Made by a program: the position numbers and the translations under genes
In this document: positions 7,956 through 15,734 of the stretch, piece after piece
How positions within the stretch are numbered: the first letter of the stretch is position 1
Layout: every line of letters starts with the position of its first letter
The notes under the pieces: model-generated
The model's input: the letters and a program-made list of their open reading frames with translations, nothing else
Database searches by the model: none
What the model was told of the DNA's origin: nothing
Origin: a virus
Taxonomy: Duplodnaviria; Caudoviricetes
IMG/VR virus record: IMGVR_UViG_3300016675_000235
Location: 1-44,202 of that record
Length of the DNA stretch: 44,202 nt
Direction: 5' to 3' (one strand)

Positions 7956-8674
7956 TTGTCCTCTAGGTTAAATTCATTTTTGTCGAATACGGCTATCGTT
8001 GTGGACTTCGGTTGTTTCTGCTTTTCTGGCTTGAAATTCCGCATCCAATTGTTGAAGGAATTCTGCATTTCCGATATCGTATCGAATACCCTTTCCTCGT
8101 TGTACTCGATCCATTTTTTCAACTGGTCGTCCATCTGTTCGGTATTGACCGAATGTACCTTGGCAATTTTTGAAAAGAAATTTCCTGACAAGGAATTTTC
8201 ATTGAAAATTTGAAAAGCCTGCGAAGCTGTATATACAGTTTTATTGTTAATTGGTTTATTGTATAATTGTTTATCTATACTATCAGTGCTTTGTTGCGTG
8301 CTTTCTCTGTGCTTTGTTGCGTGCTTTATCAATGCTTTGTCAAGTGCTTTGTCAAGTGCTTTGTCAAAATTTGATAGAGCAATTATGTTGCTGGAGTATT
8401 GGTTCCTCGATTTTTCATACAAATCGAACAGCCCGAAATTGACAAGATCGTTAAAGGTGGCTATGTAGGTGTTGTAGCTTTTTATTCCGATTGCTTCCAT
8501 TACCATGGTCGTGGGAAGTCCGAACTTTTGCTTCCAGCCAAGCCTATTGCAATGCTCGATTGCGAAAAAGTACAGGGCGCAATGGTTCGGCTTTATCTTG
8601 TCCGGATTTTCAAACGCATAATCCCAAAACGCCCTTGATAGAGAATATGAGTCCATTTGGATTTGGTTAGTCAT
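7952..8674 (-). CDS. Putative replication initiator
   Basis: N-terminal wHTH-like region (ALYFFAIEHCNRLGWK..F..MEAIGIKSYNTY..L), repeat-encoded linker, helical C-terminus (FNNWMRN); contains iteron-like repeats; ATGA start at 8674. Confidence 0.65.
   Translation of the reverse strand: MTNQIQMDSYSLSRAFWDYAFENPDKIKPNHCALYFFAIEHCNRLGWKQKFGLPTTMVMEAIGIKSYNTYIATFNDLVNFGLFDLYEKSRNQYSSNIIALSNFDKALDKALDKALIKHATKHRESTQQSTDSIDKQLYNKPINNKTVYTASQAFQIFNENSLSGNFFSKIAKVHSVNTEQMDDQLKKWIEYNEERVFDTISEMQNSFNNWMRNFKPEKQKQPKSTTIAVFDKNEFNLEDK
8286..8367. repeat. Seven phased (G/A)TGCTTT repeats; candidate replication origin iterons
   Basis: Copies start at 8286, 8298, 8309, 8321, 8332, 8344, 8356 (11-12 nt spacing), next to an AT-rich tract at ~8230-8285. 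Confidence 0.7.
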
Positions 8675-8886
8675 TTCCTTTTTATGAAATACCTGTAATA
8701 GTGCTTTTGACAAAAACTTTTACTCCCCCATATCTGTCCCCCGCAAACCACGCAGCCAAATCCCTGTGGTTTGGAGGTCCTTTTGATCTGGTATATGAAT
8801 GCCACAGGAGCCTTGGTGATCTCCCTTACCTCCTTGACCTTATAGCCGAAATTCAGCAACCGCTTGATATGTTCAACGTCCTTCAT
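8671..8886 (-). CDS. Small HTH/zinc-finger hypothetical protein
   Basis: 71 aa; CVVC..FCQKHY motif. Confidence 0.65.
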   Translation of the reverse strand: MKDVEHIKRLLNFGYKVKEVREITKAPVAFIYQIKRTSKPQGFGCVVCGGQIWGSKSFCQKHYYRYFIKRK

Positions 8887-8890
8887 GGCG

Positions 8891-9025
8891 CTAAATCATC
8901 CGAATAATGAATAGAGCCAAAATTACGCCCAATAAGACGACTGCAAGCGATTTGAGCATCTTATACGTTTTTTCGGAGAAGTCTTGAAATTCGTCAAATT
9001 TGTAGGGGTTTTTGGGGTGTTTCAT
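8891..9025 (-). CDS. 44-aa C-terminal-TM peptide (not in ORF track)
   Basis: MKHPKNPYKFDEFQDFSEKTYKMLKSLAVVLLGVILALFIIRMI; preceded by AACAGGACAA motif; ATGA overlap. Confidence 0.65.
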   Translation of the reverse strand: MKHPKNPYKFDEFQDFSEKTYKMLKSLAVVLLGVILALFIIRMI

Positions 9026-9141
9026 GGCTTTGTCCTGTTTTTGCGTACAACAATCAGTAAAACCACGGCCAATGTGATGTTGGCCGTGGCAATTATGGTC
9101 CCGAACAGGGTTAATACAACCAAATCAAGTATTGGACTCAT
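9022..9141 (-). CDS. 39-aa membrane peptide (not in ORF track)
   Basis: MSPILDLVVLTLFGTIIATANITLAVVLLIVVRKNRTKP; fills the gap between DUF4494 and the next peptide. Confidence 0.55.
   Translation of the reverse strand: MSPILDLVVLTLFGTIIATANITLAVVLLIVVRKNRTKP
9030..9039 (-). repeat. AACAGGACAA motif copy before ATG 9025
   Basis: Minus strand AAAAACAGGACAAAGCCATG. Confidence 0.8.
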
Positions 9142-9559
9142 AGGGGAAAACTTCGAGTATTTTTGTCTCCACAACGTCGGGTACCTGAAATGAAACAAGC
9201 ATGTTTTTTAACGATTCCTGGATCCTCTCGTGCGCCTGGGGAACATCGGAGGCTGTCACAAGCATGTATTGAGTGACCTTCTTTTCTTTTCCTGAATCTG
9301 AATCTGCGACAATGTACTGGATTTTAGCCTTGAACCACGGATTCCCGTCTCCATGATCAAACACATCCACAATGTTGCTTTTTGCAATATGGGTGACTTG
9401 GAAGTCTCCCCGGACCCGTTCGCCCATTTCCTTGTAAATAATCGACTCTGCCTCGGTGAATGAAACCGCATCGAGAAGGTATTTTTCCGATACCCATTTA
9501 AGCAGTCCCTGTTCGTTTTCCTTTACGTACTTCACGCGCACTTCATACCATGTCCTCAT
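9125..9559 (-). CDS. DUF4494 family protein (Bacteroidota)
   Basis: MRTWYEVRVKY..ENEQG..VSEKYLLDAVSFTEAE..WFKAK..DSDSGKEKK..LV.A..ETKILEVFPY. Confidence 0.9.
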   Translation of the reverse strand: MRTWYEVRVKYVKENEQGLLKWVSEKYLLDAVSFTEAESIIYKEMGERVRGDFQVTHIAKSNIVDVFDHGDGNPWFKAKIQYIVADSDSGKEKKVTQYMLVTASDVPQAHERIQESLKNMLVSFQVPDVVETKILEVFPYESNT

Positions 9560-9570
9560 GATGTTGTTGT

Positions 9571-9747
9571 TTAAGAATGAATGATTGTAAGATTTGAGAT
9601 TTTCACGGGAAAACGCTCTCCGTGTGCGTCCTGCACGATGGCGACCGATCCGTTTTGGTTGACCACCGCCACCTTGTCGCCTTTCTTGCCAAATACCCTT
9701 TTCTTGTCCAAAGGTGAAATTTCGTCTTGGTTTAGATAGGCTTTCAT
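9571..9747 (-). CDS. 58-aa hypothetical protein (not in ORF track)
   Basis: MKAYLNQDEISPLDKKRVFGKKGDKVAVV..GERFPVK; TGATG overlap with upstream gene. Confidence 0.65.
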   Translation of the reverse strand: MKAYLNQDEISPLDKKRVFGKKGDKVAVVNQNGSVAIVQDAHGERFPVKISNLTIIHS

Positions 9748-10004
9748 CAGTAGTCTGTCATTGGTTTACCTCCCCTGTTTTTCGGCTGCCTGCCTAGAAG
9801 AAAATTGATTTCACATTCAGCGATGGCATCATTGTTTACTTCATACGACCACTTTTTCAGCATTTCGTTTTCGAATGAATTTACTACCGAATGCATGGCT
9901 TGTAATTCGTTTACGTCCGAATTCGATTCATTGAACCATTCCCTTAGAAAGGCGTAAATGGAAGCCGCTTCGTATGGAGTCAACTCTATTGTGATTTTTC
10001 CCAT
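9747..10004 (-). CDS. Hypothetical protein
   Basis: 85 aa, tightly packed in operon. Confidence 0.65.
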   Translation of the reverse strand: MGKITIELTPYEAASIYAFLREWFNESNSDVNELQAMHSVVNSFENEMLKKWSYEVNNDAIAECEINFLLGRQPKNRGGKPMTDY

Positions 10005-10005
10005 T

Positions 10006-10746
10006 TCAAAATGCTGTTTTGTTGATCTCTATTGATTTCCCCGGTTTTGCTATCTCGGGCCTGAATCCCACATGCTTGATGGTTTCCTCCACAAATACCT
10101 TTTCATCGGCATTGCCTGAGCTTAGGTGTATGTAAACTATCTTGTTTACCTTGGTTAGGTCGTTTGCTTTGAGGAATTCGATACTTGTTTCCAAACTCAT
10201 GTGCGAATTGAATACCCTGTCACGGACCATTGAGTTGATATCCCCGTCAACAAACCGTTGCATCATGATTTCCTTGGAGTAGTTAGCCTCCAGGATGATA
10301 TTGTTCAATCCCTCGAACTTGTATCCACAGTATGCCGTATCCGTGATGAATACCGCTTTGCCCATTTCCGGATGCTGGATCAGGAATCCGAAACTTGGAA
10401 CGTCGTGTTCCAGGTCAAACACCTTCACCGTAAACGATCCAACCTTTACCTGCTGCGCCCGCTCCAAAATGATGGCGTTGTAGTCCTTGATGGTCTTTTG
10501 CGACTCATGCACGTGTTTGTGTGCGTAAACCTTGATCCCATGCGACAATACGTCCTTAATACACTTGATGTGGTCCCCATGGGCATGGGAGGCAAAGGCA
10601 CCCACAACCTTTTGGAGGTCGAATCCAAGGGCTTTTTTGATCTTGGATACTGAAACCCCGCATTCAAGAATCAGTACTTCGCCAGAATCCGACTCCAAAA
10701 GGTATGAATTACCTGTTGAGCCACTACCTATAACTTGGAGGATCAT
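10006..10746 (-). CDS. MBL-fold metallo-hydrolase (YycJ/WalJ-like nuclease)
   Basis: GSGSTGNSY, SHAHGDH, HD, TDT, LEANY, HMS, HLS motifs. Confidence 0.9.
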   Translation of the reverse strand: MILQVIGSGSTGNSYLLESDSGEVLILECGVSVSKIKKALGFDLQKVVGAFASHAHGDHIKCIKDVLSHGIKVYAHKHVHESQKTIKDYNAIILERAQQVKVGSFTVKVFDLEHDVPSFGFLIQHPEMGKAVFITDTAYCGYKFEGLNNIILEANYSKEIMMQRFVDGDINSMVRDRVFNSHMSLETSIEFLKANDLTKVNKIVYIHLSSGNADEKVFVEETIKHVGFRPEIAKPGKSIEINKTAF

Positions 10747-10946
10747 ATCTTTTCGATTTCGAAAAACTCAAATTTCGAGCATTGGTGTATGGACCAATTT
10801 TGGATAAACGCTGCAGGAAGAACCGAAATGATGGCGTATGGCCCAAAACCAAACGCTACGGCTTTTTTGCCGATCGCAAGGCTATGTATATCCATGATGT
10901 TGGTTATCTTTTTGCCTAGCCTGTAATTTCTGGATACCTGAATCAT
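10743..10946 (-). CDS. Hypothetical protein
   Basis: 67 aa, ATGA overlaps on both sides. Confidence 0.6.
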   Translation of the reverse strand: MIQVSRNYRLGKKITNIMDIHSLAIGKKAVAFGFGPYAIISVLPAAFIQNWSIHQCSKFEFFEIEKI

Positions 10947-11146
10947 GTAAGATCAATTAACCTTTTGCTCATGATATTCCGAACCTCACTTGGCAGAACT
11001 CCTTTGTCCTCCAAGATATTACCGCCTTCATCAATATATTTCATCCCAGCCTCCAGGACCTTTATATCTGATTGAAGTCTTTGACAAAGAGCGTGCATAT
11101 CTCCACGCCTTTTGTCAATGTCCAATTTTTGTTGTGATGGTGTCAT
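10943..11146 (-). CDS. Hypothetical protein
   Basis: 67 aa, directly after recT. Confidence 0.6.
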   Translation of the reverse strand: MTPSQQKLDIDKRRGDMHALCQRLQSDIKVLEAGMKYIDEGGNILEDKGVLPSEVRNIMSKRLIDLT

Positions 11147-11149
11147 GTC

Positions 11150-12028
11150 CTAGAAATCCATTTTGGCTTGGGCCTGCTGCTTTGGTGTTTCGGGCTGCTG
11201 CGGCTCTGGTTTTTCCTCTACGATCGTCGCTTCCTCGTCAAAATCAATGGATACCGAATTTGCCTTTTGCTCCTTTGCCAATTTCATTGCCGCATCCGGA
11301 GCCGCCAAATCACTCTCGGAGTCATCATCCATGTTTTCGGATTCAACCGACGAGTTTATGGCGATTTTCAGGGCCCTTGAAATGGCTGTTTTCTTTGCCA
11401 TTTCCCCCGTGAATCCAGAATGCGCCGGGGAGCCTCCCTTTGCTGCACCCATGTTCCAGGATTTCTTGATTTCGGCCAATGTCATTTCCTCCAATCTTGA
11501 TGTGCCATCGGTGAAAATCACGATTGCATAGGCTCCCTTGATGTTTGCGTCGTCCCTGTTGTCAAAGGGACTGGTGTGCTTGATCAACCTCCTGCGCCCC
11601 GTGTCGGTGTTGATTTCGGAAACATACTCGTCCTTTGCGTAAATGACGTTTGCATTGACCTCCTTTACGCCAGCAATCCGCTTTGAAAGCGCAATTCCTC
11701 CCATGTAGGACCGCATGTAAACCAATTGGTTCCCAGCTACCATGAAGTAACATTGGTTCAGCGCAGGGTTCATTCCCTGTGTGACCATTTTGAGCATGCT
11801 GTTTGCCACGCTTCCCTTGGTACATACCTCCATGGCGGCCTTTCCGTTTTTGTCCTTTACGTCTTGAAGGACAAGGAATGCGCTTCTTATTGCATTCCCT
11901 ACGTGATACCCCGAAGGAAGCATGATGTTCCCTAGATTCACAAGGTTTTCCACCTGTGAAATGATTTGGTCTTGGAGTTCCTTTTTGGCGACCGCTGCTT
12001 GGTTTGTGTTTTCCGATACTTGTGTCAT
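11150..12028 (-). CDS. recT: RecT/Redbeta-family single-strand annealing protein
   Basis: SVAN..MVTQGMNP..QCYF..RSYMG..A.VIY..D..GAYA..MT..EI..SW..F..EMAKKTAI.RA.K. Confidence 0.9.
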   Translation of the reverse strand: MTQVSENTNQAAVAKKELQDQIISQVENLVNLGNIMLPSGYHVGNAIRSAFLVLQDVKDKNGKAAMEVCTKGSVANSMLKMVTQGMNPALNQCYFMVAGNQLVYMRSYMGGIALSKRIAGVKEVNANVIYAKDEYVSEINTDTGRRRLIKHTSPFDNRDDANIKGAYAIVIFTDGTSRLEEMTLAEIKKSWNMGAAKGGSPAHSGFTGEMAKKTAISRALKIAINSSVESENMDDDSESDLAAPDAAMKLAKEQKANSVSIDFDEEATIVEEKPEPQQPETPKQQAQAKMDF

Positions 12029-12036
12029 GAGTGAAA

Positions 12037-14061
12037 TTATTTGATGGTTAATGTCTCTGATTTTGGATCCACGATCAAGTTAATAATCTGTGTTTCCATT
12101 TTGGGGATGTTTGTGACCGACTCCCTGTTGTCGATGAATACTGGTAAATATAGGTTATAAAACCTGTTGAACGTCCTGATGATGTCCAATCCCGCCTGGA
12201 TTTGTCCTGCGTTGTTTAGCGACGGCCATGGAACGCCATCTTTTAGGCATTCGCAGATTTCGGTCACGTCGTCATTGGATAGGTTCTGCTCGAACATCTT
12301 CCATTTTACGATCTCGAATTTGGAGTTGATCTGCTGCTCAACCAATCCGATCCTTTTGATGGAGAACGCCTTGATAGCCCTTTCAAGCCCCTCAGCCTCC
12401 ACTATCTTGGCGGACAGGTTTTTCAGTTCTTGGTTAAGTTCATCGTTTCGCTTTTGTAGCTGCTCGATAACCCCTTTGTTGTGAAGGGATTTGTTGATAA
12501 GGTTTATCTGTTCTTGCAGTTCCCTTTTCTTCTGTGAAAGTTCGGATATTCCTTCGGTCGCAGGGAATACCTTGGATTCAAGCTCCATGATAAGATTGGT
12601 GGTTTCCGTGTAATCCAATCCAACATAGGATCTACAATCCGGAAGCTCAAGCGGATTTGCCTTCATTTCGGAAAGTTTTACATCAAGGGCCGATATCTCG
12701 TTTTGGGTTGCTTCCAATTGGGAAATGACCGTATTTTTTTCTTCTTCAAGACTGGACAACAAAGCTTCTGCGGCAATGATGTCGTTTTCAATCTTCACCA
12801 TGTTTTCCTTGGCTGTTTTACCAATCTTGTTGATTCTGTTTAATTCTTCCTCCTTGGTTTGGTTAAACTCCGTTTCCTTTTCCAATCCGTAATTGGCTAC
12901 TTCTGCCAATTTGCTACCGCAGTACGGGCAATTTCCTTTTAGGGTAAACTGTTCTGCGCTTTTCTTTGCAAATGTTTCCCGCAGATTGGCCAACTTTTCA
13001 GCAATGGCATCCTTATCCCTTTTCAATTCTGAGATATGGTTTTTGCCCCGTTCGATACGGGATTCGATCAACGCCAAATCATTGTTGATCCTGGTCTTTT
13101 TCGTCAACAAATCCGCAATGGCTGCTTGGGTATCGGTAAGGCCCTTGGTTGCAGCCTTTCCATGGTCGCTTGCTTTTTGCTTTGCCTCGCTTTCCAATTG
13201 AGCAACCTTGCGCTTGAGGTCAAAGATTTGGGTTTGGTTGTCAAGCTTCAACTGCTGCAGCTTTCTTTCCCTTTCTGCCACGTCGGAAATCTGCGCATCT
13301 ATCGACTGGATTTCCTTCGTCTTTTCCGCTACAATCGACTCCAATACCTCCCAATCCTCAACCTGCGGCATGTTCCTCATGTTCTCGTCAATCCGTTGTG
13401 GTATGCGGGCCTTTTCCTCCTCCAATGCCTTGCGTTCACGCTGCGCCTTTAGCTTGATGGCCGCAAAGTCCTTTTGGATTGCCAAAATATCCTCTAGTGT
13501 CTGGAATGATTTATCCTTTGGATTTTCAGCCTTTAGGATTGCAAGTACCTCAGCATCGGTGATGTTTGGCGCAAGCTTCAAAAGGATTGCCCTTTTCTCC
13601 TCTGTTTTGAGGGAATTGAAGAACAAGGGATTGGTGACGACCTTGAATGTTTCCTCGGTGAAAAACTCGGATACCTGTTTGTCGTAGTCCGTTTTTGTCG
13701 GGACCGGAAAACCATCTATGGCAAACTCCGTGGTGTGCCCCTTCAATATATCGGTTTTCTTGTCCCATTTTTGCAGATACGTCCGCTTGAAATCCCGTGG
13801 TGTGCCGTCGATTTCAAAAAATCCGTGTACCTCATGGTTTACCTTTTCTATTGGGTTGTTGTCGGCATCCAAGGTCTTGATGGCAAAATCCGCCCTACCT
13901 TTGCTGTCTTTGCCGAAGAACAGGTACCAAATTGAATCGAACAAGGTTGTTTTCCCGGCCTCGTTCCTGCCATGGATGTTTGTTTCCTCACTGAAATTCA
14001 TATCCAGTGACTTTACCCCTTTGAAAAAGGATAGTTTGAGTTGCTTTAACGTGATTTTCAT
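12037..14061 (-). CDS. Rad50/SbcC-like coiled-coil ABC ATPase
   Basis: Walker A GRNEAGKTT, long coiled coil with CPYC zinc hook, signature-like LNNAGQ, Walker B FIDNRES. Confidence 0.9.
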   Translation of the reverse strand: MKITLKQLKLSFFKGVKSLDMNFSEETNIHGRNEAGKTTLFDSIWYLFFGKDSKGRADFAIKTLDADNNPIEKVNHEVHGFFEIDGTPRDFKRTYLQKWDKKTDILKGHTTEFAIDGFPVPTKTDYDKQVSEFFTEETFKVVTNPLFFNSLKTEEKRAILLKLAPNITDAEVLAILKAENPKDKSFQTLEDILAIQKDFAAIKLKAQRERKALEEEKARIPQRIDENMRNMPQVEDWEVLESIVAEKTKEIQSIDAQISDVAERERKLQQLKLDNQTQIFDLKRKVAQLESEAKQKASDHGKAATKGLTDTQAAIADLLTKKTRINNDLALIESRIERGKNHISELKRDKDAIAEKLANLRETFAKKSAEQFTLKGNCPYCGSKLAEVANYGLEKETEFNQTKEEELNRINKIGKTAKENMVKIENDIIAAEALLSSLEEEKNTVISQLEATQNEISALDVKLSEMKANPLELPDCRSYVGLDYTETTNLIMELESKVFPATEGISELSQKKRELQEQINLINKSLHNKGVIEQLQKRNDELNQELKNLSAKIVEAEGLERAIKAFSIKRIGLVEQQINSKFEIVKWKMFEQNLSNDDVTEICECLKDGVPWPSLNNAGQIQAGLDIIRTFNRFYNLYLPVFIDNRESVTNIPKMETQIINLIVDPKSETLTIK

Positions 14062-14309
14062 GGTTCTATTTTTGTAAGTAAGTTGATGTAATCCTCTGTG
14101 TATTGAATATTCATATTGCAGTCATCCAACTGTCTCCAAAACAGTTGCCTTGCTTCGGGGTCATCCGAATCTACCAAGGCTTCAAGAATGAGCCTTTTTT
14201 CATTCAATAGTTGTTGATATAGGGAAAAGACCTTTTTGCGGTCGGGGTTCTCCTGCATAAGCATTTCCACAATAAGGGAATTGCGCTGCTCCAATGTAAA
14301 TTCCTGCAT
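14058..14309 (-). CDS. Hypothetical protein
   Basis: 83 aa, ATGA coupling to ATPase. Confidence 0.65.
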   Translation of the reverse strand: MQEFTLEQRNSLIVEMLMQENPDRKKVFSLYQQLLNEKRLILEALVDSDDPEARQLFWRQLDDCNMNIQYTEDYINLLTKIEP

Positions 14310-14327
14310 TGATTGTCTTGTTTAGTT

Positions 14328-14582
14328 TTATGGTTTTGGAAATACATTTTCAATTTCAATTCCGAAATAATCGCAAATGCTCTTCATCCAAAAACAGCAA
14401 TAGTTAGCCTTGAAGTAGCAAATAGTTGGATATTCTTCAATGGCATCCTTTATAAGTTCCCCAAACTCTTCCAAATCCCAATGGTATAGGAATAAGATCA
14501 CATCATCTTCTCCCTCATTTTTTTCCCAATGCCATTCAGGTTTGTTTTCCTGAATAAATTTAAACAATTGTAGTTCTGTCAT
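14328..14582 (-). CDS. Acidic hypothetical protein
   Basis: 84 aa; start preceded by the longest copy of the AACAGGACAA motif. Confidence 0.7.
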   Translation of the reverse strand: MTELQLFKFIQENKPEWHWEKNEGEDDVILFLYHWDLEEFGELIKDAIEEYPTICYFKANYCCFWMKSICDYFGIEIENVFPKP

Positions 14583-14597
14583 TTGTCCTGTTGTTGT
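14583..14597 (-). repeat. Extended motif copy ACAACAACAGGACAA abutting ATG 14582
   Basis: 15-nt perfect complement to the sRNA at 15249-15322. Confidence 0.85.
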
Positions 14598-14601
14598 TTG
14601 A

Positions 14602-14919
14602 TTAAAAATCCCGTAACTCTTGCTTTACGGTCGCCTGGTGTTTTTGCCTATCCTTGTAGCTTTCACCCCTTAATGAGGGCGTAAGCTCTTGGATTTTCTG
14701 CCTCATTCTCCTGATTGCCTCGGGACTGCTTAACGATGCAACCTCTTGAATCACTTTTCGCCTATTCACAAGTTCATTGGAATAGTTCTGCAGCCCTACT
14801 TTTTCAACAAGTTCCTGCTGCCAGATATTTTGGATCAGCCTCATATCGTCATCCCTGCAATGCGGATGCTCGATTAGGACCTTTTCAATCCTATTCCGAA
14901 GCTTCTTGTTCCTCAGCAT
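14602..14919 (-). CDS. Hypothetical protein
   Basis: 105 aa; L..HP..RDDD..L..IW and PEAIRRMRQKIQE motifs common in phage proteins. Confidence 0.7.
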   Translation of the reverse strand: MLRNKKLRNRIEKVLIEHPHCRDDDMRLIQNIWQQELVEKVGLQNYSNELVNRRKVIQEVASLSSPEAIRRMRQKIQELTPSLRGESYKDRQKHQATVKQELRDF

Positions 14920-15154
14920 TCAGCTTCTTCAATTTGGTTTTCAAATCCTTACGTCGCTGCGCCAACTCCGTAAGTACCTCAATCACGTCGTCATTCTCCG
15001 TAGTACCGGAGAGAACGGCATAAACCGATTGTCGGATCGGCGCTTTTTTTCCAGGGAATTTTTCTTTCCAGATTCTTTCAAAGTGGTGGTAGTATTTCCC
15101 TGGAAGCTGCTTTTTAAGCGTTTCCAAATCGTTTTGATCAAATAGTTTGTCCAT
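14891..15154 (-). CDS. Putative small DNA-binding regulator, first gene of the replication operon
   Basis: 87 aa; RQSVYAVLSG..N..VIE.L recognition-helix-like segment; position after promoter. Confidence 0.55.
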   Translation of the reverse strand: MDKLFDQNDLETLKKQLPGKYYHHFERIWKEKFPGKKAPIRQSVYAVLSGTTENDDVIEVLTELAQRRKDLKTKLKKLNAEEQEASE

Positions 15155-15186
15155 GCTAAATATAGGTTTGTTTGTAATTACACATT

Positions 15187-15194
15187 CAAATGTA
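15187..15194 (-). promoter_or_regulatory. -7 promoter element for the leftward replication operon
   Basis: TACATTTG matches TAnnTTTG, 32 nt before ATG 15154; -33 element not clear. Confidence 0.55.
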
Positions 15195-15248
15195 ATCTTT
15201 TCGATTTGATTTGGAAAAATTTTCTATAAAATTTATTTACGTAATGAC

Positions 15249-15280
15249 AAAAAATAAAGCCCGTCGATCAAAACGGGCTT
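15249..15280 (-). terminator. Intrinsic terminator of the sRNA
   Basis: AAGCCCGT-TTTGATCG-ACGGGCTT followed by TATTTTTT. Confidence 0.8.
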
Positions 15281-15322
15281 CGGGAGAAAAGTACAACAAC
15301 AGGACAATTGCGGACTTCTCTC
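15249..15322 (-). ncRNA. Candidate trans-acting antisense sRNA (~72 nt)
   Basis: Own promoter and terminator; stem GAGAGAAGU/ACUUUUCUC, upper stem GCAAU/GUUGU, apical loop UGUCCUGUU complementary to the repeated AACAGGACA start-site motif. Confidence 0.7.
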
Positions 15323-15324
15323 TG

Positions 15325-15354
15325 CAAAGATAAATACGTTTCCCGTTAAAACAA
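15325..15354 (-). promoter_or_regulatory. Consensus Bacteroidota promoter driving the sRNA
   Basis: TTG (15354-15352), 19-nt spacer, TATCTTTG (15332-15325) followed by CA. Confidence 0.75.
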
Positions 15355-15384
15355 CAAACCCCGAACATTTCTGCTCGGGGCTTT
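15348..15384 (-). terminator. Intrinsic terminator ending the tRNA/ncRNA transcript
   Basis: AAAGCCCCGAGCA-GAAA-TGTTCGGGGTTTGTTGTTTT with GNRA loop and G-U pairs on the minus strand. Confidence 0.8.
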
Positions 15385-15618
15385 GTGCTTGAATTTATCT
15401 TCGATTGGCTTGTCCAAGCAACTCCTTTTCCTTTTCAACCAAACCAATCTATTCGGCATTCGGGCCAAAACCTATCTTTGACACATGGTAGCTATATCCA
15501 CACATCAAAGCTCGCTGTAACGGGGAGACTCTACTTTCGTAGATACGTGCAAAAACCTGAATTAGCTAGTTTCAAATTGTCGCACTTGTGATTGCTCGCC
15601 TCCCCTTCCGGGGTTCAT
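15385..15618 (-). ncRNA. Candidate structured ncRNA downstream of tRNA-Met
   Basis: Helices GGGGAGGC/GUCUCCCC, GUGCGA/UUGCAC, UUUGAA/UUCAGG, UCUAC-GAAA-GUAGA, CUUUGAUGUGUGG/CCAUGUGUCAAAG, GAUUGGUUUG/CAAGCCAAUC; G-U pairs work only on the minus strand. Confidence 0.65.
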
Positions 15619-15619
15619 G

Positions 15620-15693
15620 TTGCGGTGGCAAGATTTGAACTTGCGATCTTTGGATTATGAGTCCAACGAAGACGGCCACTCCTCTACACCGCA
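15620..15693 (-). tRNA. tRNA-Met (CAT), initiator-like scaffold
   Basis: TGCGGTG/CACCGCA acceptor, GAGG/CTTC D stem, TTGGA-CTCATAA-TCCAA anticodon arm, GCAAG-TTCAAAT-CTTGC T arm; CCA not encoded. Confidence 0.93.
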
Positions 15694-15734
15694 TGTCAAA
15701 TTTGAAAGATAATTTTTACAAAAGCAACCCAATG

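Noticed and set aside
15385-15591. 68-aa + strand ORF
   Set aside because: GTG start without support; overlaps a region whose helices need G-U pairs on the minus strand, so ncRNA is preferred.
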